Of a stretch of 64,000 bases of DNA, positions 48,232 through 56,206 are shown one piece after another. How positions within the stretch are numbered: the first letter of the stretch is position 1; each line of letters opens with the position of its first letter. Both the position numbers and the translations under genes were made by a program. The stretch lies in the sequence record PQ287644.1; one strand, 5' to 3'. The notes beneath the pieces are model-generated. The model had not been told where the DNA came from and ran no database searches. It was given only the letters and a program-made list of their open reading frames with translations.

Positions 48232-48501
48232 ACCGGTAGGGGATTGAGCACCCCGGTGTACGACAAGCGGAACTTGGACTGTACTAACTGACCATCACCG
48301 CCTCAGGACCGGTGTGTAAGTTCTCGTTGGTTGAGTTCAGCACGATTAAGGATCCATGTACACGTAACCCGGTGCTCGAGTTCGCCCTCGACGCCAATGG
48401 CCGGTCGGTCTTACGGATGAGTTTGTCCGTAAGACCGACCACACCGATGGACATATCCTGTGTATCTCGCGGGACTACAGTGACCCGGAGCTTAAACTTA
48501 A

Positions 48502-48741
48502 ATGAGTATCAAAGCCCTGTTGTTGGTGACCCTCACGTTAGCCGCCAATGAACCCCGCGTTGTCACCACGACCAACGTCCTTGACAGTGCGGACGAATGT
48601 GTACCAGCGACGCGACAAATCGCTGAGCACCACAATCTACAAAACCACATCTTCTCGCAGGGCAAGGAATACCTCAAAGCTCGTCAATCCACCGCTCAAG
48701 GTAACATTACCTTGAGCATCAGCTGTAAGGAGCTTAAGTAA
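48502..48741 (+). CDS. Small secreted/membrane protein
   Basis: Signal-like MSIKALLLVTLTLAA; two Cys. Confidence 0.6.
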   Translation: MSIKALLLVTLTLAANEPRVVTTTNVLDSADECVPATRQIAEHHNLQNHIFSQGKEYLKARQSTAQGNITLSISCKELK

Positions 48742-49121
48742 TGCAATACACCCAAGAGAGTTTGGCTGAGACTCCAATGGAGCAGCGTATCGAAGCGATG
48801 CTGTTCGGGCTCCAAACCCTTACCTTCCATATGAACGCGTCAATCGTCGAGTTCTACATCAGTGATGTTGAGGTTAAGCTGAAGGCCCAGCCGGGTGCCC
48901 TGGTCGCCGACATCGTTGTCGAGCGCGATGGAGAACTGTTGGTGCATTACCGCGCCCGTTCCGAAGGCACCACCATTTCAATACCGAAATCCAGCGTTGA
49001 CGAAAAGAATCTCGTCGAGTACCTCGAGAAGTTCTTGGTTATGGTAACCTACGCCATCCACCGATCGTTTATCAAGGAACACTGCGATAACCGCACTACC
49101 CTCATCCCTCCCCAAGAGTAA
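48741..49121 (+). CDS. Hypothetical protein
   Basis: SD AAGGAG; 126 aa. Confidence 0.7.
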   Translation: MQYTQESLAETPMEQRIEAMLFGLQTLTFHMNASIVEFYISDVEVKLKAQPGALVADIVVERDGELLVHYRARSEGTTISIPKSSVDEKNLVEYLEKFLVMVTYAIHRSFIKEHCDNRTTLIPPQE

Positions 49122-49137
49122 TCTTACCTAGGGGTAG

Positions 49138-49545
49138 TTGCCTACCCCTTCCCTATTCCAAGGACTGTTCGAGATGAAACGTTTATTTGAAGCCATCAAT
49201 TGGGAGGACAATCAACGCGGTATCCCTATTGGTATTAAGAACAACCTGTATTTCCGGTTTGATTATACCCGTAAGGGTGAAGGCTGGGAGGTTACTCTCT
49301 GGAATGCGGAAGGTACGATTGCTCGGATTGAAGATAGTCCGAGTGGGTTCTCATTCTCCAGTTACCGAGTGGATCTCGTAGATGCCGAGTTGTTGGCTGA
49401 GATCCATACCCAATTGAAAGATCAGATCGATAAAGTTAAACCCACTGAACTGATCGAGGTAGGGGGGTTAAAGCATCTGAATCACATCGTCTTTACGGAA
49501 CCAGATGCGGAAGAAGGGTCTCTCGCGCCTTATGATCCAGCCTAA
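49138..49545 (+). CDS. Hypothetical protein (start uncertain)
   Basis: ORF within the early operon. Confidence 0.6.
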   Translation: MPTPSLFQGLFEMKRLFEAINWEDNQRGIPIGIKNNLYFRFDYTRKGEGWEVTLWNAEGTIARIEDSPSGFSFSSYRVDLVDAELLAEIHTQLKDQIDKVKPTELIEVGGLKHLNHIVFTEPDAEEGSLAPYDPA

Positions 49546-49572
49546 CCGATTTCAAGACCACGAGGGGTACCT

Positions 49573-49878
49573 ATGCTAAGTAATCACATCATCACGTTCG
49601 AGATGGCACTGGAAGCTGAACCTTCGGTGATTCGGACGTTTGAATATAAACCCTTGAGGGTTATGATGGGGCAGCTTGAAACCTTCATTGTCATTGAACA
49701 GGGGAAGGAGGGTGTGGTGTATGCCACGATCGAAATCCCCAGTGACGGTGATATTAGCGTGAATATCGAAGGCAGTCCGTTTAGCCGTAAAGACACTGAA
49801 AAAGCCCTCTCGCTGATCTTTGAACAGATCTCAGAGAAACTCAAAGCCGCAACACCCCCCGCTTCCACTCTCAACTAA
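49573..49878 (+). CDS. Hypothetical protein
   Basis: SD GAGGGG; 101 aa. Confidence 0.65.
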   Translation: MLSNHIITFEMALEAEPSVIRTFEYKPLRVMMGQLETFIVIEQGKEGVVYATIEIPSDGDISVNIEGSPFSRKDTEKALSLIFEQISEKLKAATPPASTLN

Positions 49879-49890
49879 GAGGTTTATTCC

Positions 49891-50709
49891 ATGATCGTCC
49901 CTAAACAAGTGGTTAAAGAGTCGCACGAATTCAAGAAGTACGGTGAATTCACCTACGGGGTTCATTCTCCCAGTGTCGAAGCCTTGGTGCCTGTTAATGA
50001 GGCCACGATCTTGGGTCAAGAAGCCACCCTCAAGATCCTGAACGAACTGGATAGTGCAGTCATGGGTTCTGTTCGTTCCCTGAACAACCAGTATGAACTC
50101 TTCCGTCAAGGGATTGCCTACGGTCTCCCGTACCGTATCAGTACCGACGGGAATATCGAGTTCGCAGTGTACCAACGTACCAAGAAAGCTGGGGATCAAC
50201 GCCTGAGTAGCTGCTTGTCCCTGGCCCCCGGGGGTCATATCGAGAAGGAAGACATTTCCTACTACCCGGAAGCTGATAAGTTCTACGGGGAAACTTCGGT
50301 GATCGATTGGGCTTATACCGTGGAGGCTAACCTCCGGCGTGAATTCCTGGAGGAGATCACCTTCTATTCGTTTGATCGGGGTGATATCACCGAAGAAGTT
50401 ACTCAGAAGGCGTTTCCTATTGGGTTCGTAATGGATAAGGGCGAACCCGGGCACGTTGGGAATATTCACGTCGGTGTCATCTGTCTAGTTCCAGTGGTTG
50501 AACACAACGCCACGTTCGATATGTCCAACGAAGTGAACAACAAAGAAATGGGGTGGTTTACGGTCAAAGAGTTGGTCGCCCAACATACCGGCGAAGACGC
50601 CCACATCAAGTCGGATGACGGTGAACTCGTTCGCTTCGAACCCTGGTCAGGTTTGATCATCAACCGGATTGACCAGATTGTGGATATCATCAAGGGGCAG
50701 GGTCAGTGA
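49891..50709 (+). CDS. NUDIX-family hydrolase/phosphoesterase
   Basis: YQRTKKAGDQRLSSCLSLAPGGHI...NLRREFLEEI (split NUDIX box). Confidence 0.7.
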   Translation: MIVPKQVVKESHEFKKYGEFTYGVHSPSVEALVPVNEATILGQEATLKILNELDSAVMGSVRSLNNQYELFRQGIAYGLPYRISTDGNIEFAVYQRTKKAGDQRLSSCLSLAPGGHIEKEDISYYPEADKFYGETSVIDWAYTVEANLRREFLEEITFYSFDRGDITEEVTQKAFPIGFVMDKGEPGHVGNIHVGVICLVPVVEHNATFDMSNEVNNKEMGWFTVKELVAQHTGEDAHIKSDDGELVRFEPWSGLIINRIDQIVDIIKGQGQ

Positions 50710-51041
50710 GAGGGGATTCCTTCTGTACCAAAGCAACCAGTAAGACGCTTTTGGACACGTTCTTCCAACTGTTGGAGGTTCTTAAAGAACAGGGGAAGGA
50801 TCAAGCGACCACGGTATACCAGACCGAAAGTCGTAACGGGTTGACCGCTGTTATCAGTCCGAATGGGGTTTGGTTCTACCATTTCCCATCCCGGGAAACA
50901 CCGGTGGCTAAACTGACCTCTACAGGTGAATATGTCTCTTTGGGTATTATTAGCCTGTCCACGCGAGAGCGGGTCGCCTTCTACGAGGAAGATCTCACCG
51001 TGGTACTTAAAGAGATCATTGCTCACTATCAACCGCAATAA
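50706..51041 (+). CDS. Hypothetical protein
   Basis: GTGA overlap; followed by a 13-bp hairpin at 51051-51079. Confidence 0.6.
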   Translation: MRGDSFCTKATSKTLLDTFFQLLEVLKEQGKDQATTVYQTESRNGLTAVISPNGVWFYHFPSRETPVAKLTSTGEYVSLGIISLSTRERVAFYEEDLTVVLKEIIAHYQPQ

Positions 51042-51107
51042 CCAGACGATCAGTAGGTAGGGGATACCCCTACCTACTGGTTTCTTTATTTATTTGGAGG
51101 AAAGAGA

Positions 51108-52025
51108 ATGGCTGTTATTAATTTGGCTTGGAGTGGTGGGGTGGAATCTGTGGCGATGTATCATAAAGCCATGAAAGCCGGTCATACAGTGAATCCTTGC
51201 TTGGTGAATGCCACAGGCAGTGCGTGCGTGACCTTGGTGGAATTAATAGCACTCGCTAAAGTGGAAGACTATTTCAGAGATCACGCGGATGACTACCCAG
51301 GGTCCATTGGAAAGACCTTCGTGATGATGGACACGAGTATGAGTATTCCTTCCACTTACACCATTGATAGCAATAGACAGAGTCCATTCGTTCATATAGC
51401 TAATCAATCCCTGAATGTGGTATTGGGGATGATGCAAGCGTCTCGGAGTAACATTCACCTATTCCCCACCACGTGGGTAGGGTTCATACAAGAAGACACC
51501 TCAGAACACACGTTAAACATCAATGAATGGAGTGAAGCAGATTACCAGGTACTGTTGAATCTTCCCGCCACACTCGGTAAATTGGCGGGTACGGATATAG
51601 GGTGTCGTCCATTCATAGCCCCATTGTGGGATATTCCTAAGCGAATCCTTTACAACGATCTTCCCGGAGAGTTGAAAGAGCTAGTACTCCCCAATCTCAT
51701 TTCACATTGGTATACTCTAAAAGAGAACGATGAAGTGGTCCTTACGGTCTCTAAGGAGAAGGAAGTAGAGTGGGAAAGGGCAGGTATCCCTCTACCGACT
51801 CAACGCTTTGTCTTTCGTTTGAAAGACTCCACCCCTGCGATGAGGTTATTGGTAGGGTTGCCCACCCCTAAAGACCTAGAGATAGAAGATGATCTTGGTG
51901 GAACACTGCATGAGATCACCCAGGGTATCATCAGGAGGAAATCCGGTTACTGGATGAACGATTATGAAGAAGTTAAGGGGGTTTATCTGGATGTGATTAA
52001 TGATATCTTACGGAGTAGAGAATAG
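51108..52025 (+). CDS. QueC-like PP-loop ATPase lacking the Zn-binding Cys cluster
   Basis: LAWSGGVES; WVGFIQED; FIAPLWDIPK follow the QueC layout. Confidence 0.6.
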   Translation: MAVINLAWSGGVESVAMYHKAMKAGHTVNPCLVNATGSACVTLVELIALAKVEDYFRDHADDYPGSIGKTFVMMDTSMSIPSTYTIDSNRQSPFVHIANQSLNVVLGMMQASRSNIHLFPTTWVGFIQEDTSEHTLNINEWSEADYQVLLNLPATLGKLAGTDIGCRPFIAPLWDIPKRILYNDLPGELKELVLPNLISHWYTLKENDEVVLTVSKEKEVEWERAGIPLPTQRFVFRLKDSTPAMRLLVGLPTPKDLEIEDDLGGTLHEITQGIIRRKSGYWMNDYEEVKGVYLDVINDILRSRE

Positions 52026-52048
52026 CCTTTAACACTGGAGTATTCGTT

Positions 52049-52228
52049 ATGGCTAACAACGATGTTAAAATCGACCGTAAACTACTGGAATCCCTCGGTA
52101 AGGTTTACGATCATATTCCTGAAGAACGCCGTCCGTACGACCCCAGCAGACCTGAAGGGGATGCGGGTATCCTCAAGACGTATGAGAAACCCAAGCAATT
52201 CAACTTTGAAATAAAAATCGGGAAATGA
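52049..52228 (+). CDS. Small hypothetical protein (59 aa; below the track cut-off)
   Basis: SD GGAG; MANNDVKIDRK; stop overlaps the tmk start. Confidence 0.6.
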   Translation: MANNDVKIDRKLLESLGKVYDHIPEERRPYDPSRPEGDAGILKTYEKPKQFNFEIKIGK

Positions 52229-52878
52229 CTATGAATTTCGCTAGTCTCTACTCTGGGATGTTTTGTGTGGTGGAAGGGTTGGATGGAACGGGTAAGACCA
52301 CTGTTGTTAATCGCATTGCGAACTGGTTAGTAGAACGTGGTGTGGATGTGGTTAAGACCCGAGAACCAGGTGGGACTCCGTACTGTAACCGTATCAGGGA
52401 ATTGCTCCTGTCGCTGGATGAGGGTGGAGAAGGCCCTTGCCAAATGACGGAACTCCTGTTGTTCAATGCGGCTCGGGTACAACACCTTGAAACCTTGGTT
52501 AAACCCAGCTTACAAGCCGGGAAGTTTGTACTCTGTGATCGGTATGTGCATACGACCATAGCGTACCAAGGGGAAGCCAGGGGATTGGGCGTGGGGAAGA
52601 TCCTGGAGTTACACCGCTTACTGACCCAAGACTTCTGGCCTCACTTTACGTTCATTTTGGATGCGCCGGTTGAGGTGGTGTTGGAACGGGTCTATCAACG
52701 GGGTAGTATGAACCGTCTGGATTCTCAAACGGTTGAATTCTATGAAAAGGCCCGTACAGCGTATCGTCGTATGGGGCAGACAGGCCGTGATTGCGCACTC
52801 ATTGACGCCACTGTGAGTGAAGACGAGGTGTTCAATCAAATGACCACCTATCTGGAACGCCTGTGTAATAAATATTAG
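52225..52878 (+). CDS. tmk: Thymidylate kinase
   Basis: VVEGLDGTGKTT, TREPGGT, LLFNAAR, VLCDRY. Confidence 0.95.
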   Translation: MTMNFASLYSGMFCVVEGLDGTGKTTVVNRIANWLVERGVDVVKTREPGGTPYCNRIRELLLSLDEGGEGPCQMTELLLFNAARVQHLETLVKPSLQAGKFVLCDRYVHTTIAYQGEARGLGVGKILELHRLLTQDFWPHFTFILDAPVEVVLERVYQRGSMNRLDSQTVEFYEKARTAYRRMGQTGRDCALIDATVSEDEVFNQMTTYLERLCNKY

Positions 52879-52887
52879 AACACATCG

Positions 52888-52919
52888 CTACTGCCTAGCC
52901 GTAATGGGCTAGGCAGTAG
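52888..52919 (+). terminator. Terminator hairpin
   Basis: 13-bp stem CTACTGCCTAGCC/GGCTAGGCAGTAG. Confidence 0.65.
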
Positions 52920-52930
52920 GTTGTCGTATT

Positions 52931-52970
52931 TTAACTTGCATGTTCTTTGAGGTCTATATCACTAGGGTGA
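52931..52970 (+). promoter_or_regulatory. Early (virion RNAP) promoter
   Basis: TTAAC-N14-AGGTCTATATCACTAGGGTGA. Confidence 0.65.
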
Positions 52971-53014
52971 ATAAGGCATTGGTTTCCTTAGTCAATTAAA
53001 GGAGGATATGCTCT

Positions 53015-53542
53015 ATGCTGGCGATACTAGACGAAAGTCTTGAGTTGGCTAAACGTTTCGAAAACGTGATAGCCCGCATAGATAACTCAATGGATTTTAA
53101 TCCTGAATGGAGGAGCTTAGGGAATATGTACGAGGGTGCTGTAGGACTTCAACTCCCAGTGGGTAAAGTCTTTAAAGCACTGGATCCTAAGACAGGTCGT
53201 CGTCTTATTTTGATCGGTACGGACTGTGGTACCGTGGTGATCTTTGAACATAACGGTCGTGACAAGACCGGATCCAAGTTTGCCTTGGCGTATAATGCCG
53301 ACCCTGCCTTAGACTTTATGTTGGGAGGAAGTCGGCTATCAATCGCCCAATTTAGTCTGGCGATTACGGATTATGATATCGAAGAGAACATCGGTATCAG
53401 TCTCCGTCGCCTGACTCAACAGGTGAACCGGAGTACGCAGGAAAAGAACAAGGAAGAGAAGATCATAAAAACCCCAAAGGAAACACCCCCGTCTAAAGTA
53501 CTGTCAGGGTTCTTTGGTTGGGGGAGTCTGCTTAACATCTAA
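53015..53542 (+). CDS. Early hypothetical protein
   Basis: SD GGAGG; 175 aa. Confidence 0.75.
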   Translation: MLAILDESLELAKRFENVIARIDNSMDFNPEWRSLGNMYEGAVGLQLPVGKVFKALDPKTGRRLILIGTDCGTVVIFEHNGRDKTGSKFALAYNADPALDFMLGGSRLSIAQFSLAITDYDIEENIGISLRRLTQQVNRSTQEKNKEEKIIKTPKETPPSKVLSGFFGWGSLLNI

Positions 53543-53597
53543 ACGAATGAAACCCAACATCCACAAGGATGTACTTTCGCACACATGAGGATACTCC

Positions 53598-54053
53598 ATG
53601 AAAACGTTTTTCCTGTCTGTTTTAACTCTCTTCACTTTCCTGTTCCTGCAACTGGCCAATGCGGCGGGTAATGAAGAAATCATGTTCAACTGCACCTTGA
53701 AGGACGGTGCTGAGGTCAAGCTGACCCAGATTCCTCAAGGTGATCTGTGGACCCTGACTATCGGGTACCCGGAAAAAGTCCAAGTCAGTTTTACCAAGCC
53801 TGGTAATGACATGGGTAGACAGTTCTCCTACCACCGCGAAAGCAATCTCGCTACCCGTGAAGTCTTCATGACCAACCCGACGGGTAACTGGTTCTATACC
53901 CTCGGAGTGGATGATAACGGTAAGGCTAAAAGCGGTTATATCCAAGTTATGAACAGCGGAACAGAAACAGCCTACGAACATTGTGTGACGGGAAGCCTTC
54001 GTGAGCAGTTCGAAAAAGAAGGCGCCTTTGTTAACATGACGGTCGTAGATTGA
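53598..54053 (+). CDS. Secreted/periplasmic beta-rich protein with two Cys
   Basis: Sec-type signal MKTFFLSVLTLFTFLFLQLANA; FNC near the N-terminus and EHC near the C-terminus. Confidence 0.75.
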   Translation: MKTFFLSVLTLFTFLFLQLANAAGNEEIMFNCTLKDGAEVKLTQIPQGDLWTLTIGYPEKVQVSFTKPGNDMGRQFSYHRESNLATREVFMTNPTGNWFYTLGVDDNGKAKSGYIQVMNSGTETAYEHCVTGSLREQFEKEGAFVNMTVVD

Positions 54054-54123
54054 ACCTGTTGGGGGAGTGAGCGTTCGCTCCCCCTGTTCCAATCTTTATT
54101 TTTTTCTAGAAGGGATACCCCCA

Positions 54124-54804
54124 ATGGAAGCCGATGCAAAAACCCTTGGAGAAATCAAGTTACTGTCTGACATCAAACTTATCCTAGGCGGTAGAATTCC
54201 CACGGATTTAGTACACAAGGTCTTTAACCACTTGAAGCATAACCATCAGGATGGGTATGACCACTACTACTTGCTGGATTCCCTCAACGTCGCTAAGCGA
54301 CTAATAGACCACCAGGATAATCTAACAGAACACGATGTTTTGCTTATCTACACCATTATCCTGTTGCTTGAGACGGGTCGCCCTATCACGAAACGTCATC
54401 CCTATGAAGTCTCTCCAGGAGTAGGGTGGATGTTTCTTCGGTATTATGCGGACGGGGTCTTTACACCTGAGGATGAACGTTTCATTTCACAATCCTGTCG
54501 GCCTATCAAGGCAGATACTATTCGAATGTCTTCCTACACCTTCGTTGAGCTGGTCATTCATACCACTAAGCGCTTAACGGATGTCGTCAATCAGAAGTAT
54601 CAAAAGCTGTATGATGAGTTCGCTGTACTCACCGGATTACCCCCTTGCTCTAAGAAATTGAATAAGGCCTTTTTGGAGGAATATGGTCCTAAAGGTAATC
54701 TATGGGATGGGTTCACCGCTTCAACTAAGGATATTTTTGCTTTAGAAATATCCAACTTCAAGAAGAAAGTCGGTCCATTCGTGGACGAACTTAACGTTCA
54801 ATGA
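54124..54804 (+). CDS. Hypothetical protein, possibly a degenerate HD-domain fold
   Basis: YDHYYLLDS...ILLLETG pattern resembles H...HD(IG) with the metal ligands altered. Confidence 0.55.
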   Translation: MEADAKTLGEIKLLSDIKLILGGRIPTDLVHKVFNHLKHNHQDGYDHYYLLDSLNVAKRLIDHQDNLTEHDVLLIYTIILLLETGRPITKRHPYEVSPGVGWMFLRYYADGVFTPEDERFISQSCRPIKADTIRMSSYTFVELVIHTTKRLTDVVNQKYQKLYDEFAVLTGLPPCSKKLNKAFLEEYGPKGNLWDGFTASTKDIFALEISNFKKKVGPFVDELNVQ

Positions 54805-54816
54805 GAGGGTTAACCA

Positions 54817-55221
54817 ATGTACAACGTTATCGCAAATGCGGTGCTTCTGACCACATATGCTGTAATCGTGCTGCTAGTTGTTCAGCGCTATCTAGAAGCT
54901 AAGGGTATGCGTTACTCCATTAAGCGAATAGAGAACGGTCGTATTTTTAGCTTCTCGTTAGGAGTATACGGAGGGAAGATACGGATCTTGCATTCTCCGG
55001 ACTGTACAGACCCAATCTTCAAACGTCGTTATGATGGATGGGAAGTGACCTTTCCTGAACACTTTACGGAAGAGCAGATGGACCATTACATCATGCACCA
55101 CGAACCCTTTGGGGAACACAATGCGTCTCATTCGAAGGATTTTGTTGTCTTCAGAGAAGTCATGATTCGCAAGAACAATGAGGTTTCGTGCGTAGATGGG
55201 AATATCTTCTGCCAAGCGTAA
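54817..55221 (+). CDS. Membrane protein
   Basis: N-terminal hydrophobic helix; SD GAGGG. Confidence 0.65.
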   Translation: MYNVIANAVLLTTYAVIVLLVVQRYLEAKGMRYSIKRIENGRIFSFSLGVYGGKIRILHSPDCTDPIFKRRYDGWEVTFPEHFTEEQMDHYIMHHEPFGEHNASHSKDFVVFREVMIRKNNEVSCVDGNIFCQA

Positions 55222-55234
55222 TGAACCCATACAG

Positions 55235-55268
55235 TACCCTCCCTACCCCGCAAAGGGTAGGGAGGGTA
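55235..55268. terminator. Bidirectional terminator
   Basis: 14-bp stem TACCCTCCCTACCC/GGGTAGGGAGGGTA between convergent genes. Confidence 0.7.
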
Positions 55269-55287
55269 TGCAGTACACCTTTTTTGT

Positions 55288-56196
55288 TTAACCCATGTAC
55301 AACTGACCGGCAGTGCCGTCCACTTGGGCTTTCTGATCGATCATCCGTTCGATGGTACCGGATGGCGACGAGGTGACAGCCGCAGAACGCTGTTTGAAGC
55401 CCGGAGGGGCAGCAATGGCATCCGGGTTGTACAGCGGAAGGAGTTTCAACATCTGACGAGCAATCTGTTTCACAGCCAGGGTATCGAATTCCACCAAACC
55501 GGTGAACTCCATGGTGATCTGACGGATTGCACCTTCTTCGCTCTTGTTACGCTTGATTTCAATCGGAACAGAGGTACGGGGCATCATACCAACCACCAAG
55601 GCAGCGTGGGCGATGTCCTTCATGGTGTGGGTGGGTTCGAAGTAGATGCACGAGACCGATACTTCATCGATCAGCATGTCACCCGGATTATCCAGGATGA
55701 CAATCTTGGCGTTCAGGACTTCCGAATCCATGACCAGCCATTGTTGCCAGACCTTGAACATCTTGGTGAACACTTCACCGATGCAATCGTAACCAGTATG
55801 CGTGACTTGACCCATCGAACGGGTAGCGCCCGACGGAATGGAGAGTACGTGACCCGTCCATTCCATTTGGGCAAACTGAACTTCAGTCATGTCACGGAGA
55901 CCTTCGAACGACTGAGAACGGTTTTCAAACCACGCCTTACACAGCGAATGCAGTGCAGTGCCACCCGGCAGTCGGGAGAAGGCAGCAGGAGTCGAGAGGA
56001 CAATACACCACCCCATTTGACTGACGTGAGGTTGTGCACTGACATACTCGAAGACGTTACCAGCCCAACCGTACATACCCCCGAATTGGGCGTTAATAAC
56101 CGGACGGTTTTGCAGGTCCAGAGCCCGTACGAAGGGATCGGACTTCGGGAGTAGGGTCGTACTGGACCGATGAGGGAAGTTCGTTTCATTAGCCAT
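55288..56196 (-). CDS. Tail tube protein (phiKZ gp30-like)
   Basis: Directly downstream of the sheath; 302 aa, beta-rich. Confidence 0.8.
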   Translation of the reverse strand: MANETNFPHRSSTTLLPKSDPFVRALDLQNRPVINAQFGGMYGWAGNVFEYVSAQPHVSQMGWCIVLSTPAAFSRLPGGTALHSLCKAWFENRSQSFEGLRDMTEVQFAQMEWTGHVLSIPSGATRSMGQVTHTGYDCIGEVFTKMFKVWQQWLVMDSEVLNAKIVILDNPGDMLIDEVSVSCIYFEPTHTMKDIAHAALVVGMMPRTSVPIEIKRNKSEEGAIRQITMEFTGLVEFDTLAVKQIARQMLKLLPLYNPDAIAAPPGFKQRSAAVTSSPSGTIERMIDQKAQVDGTAGQLYMG

Positions 56197-56206
56197 CTTT
56201 CATTCC

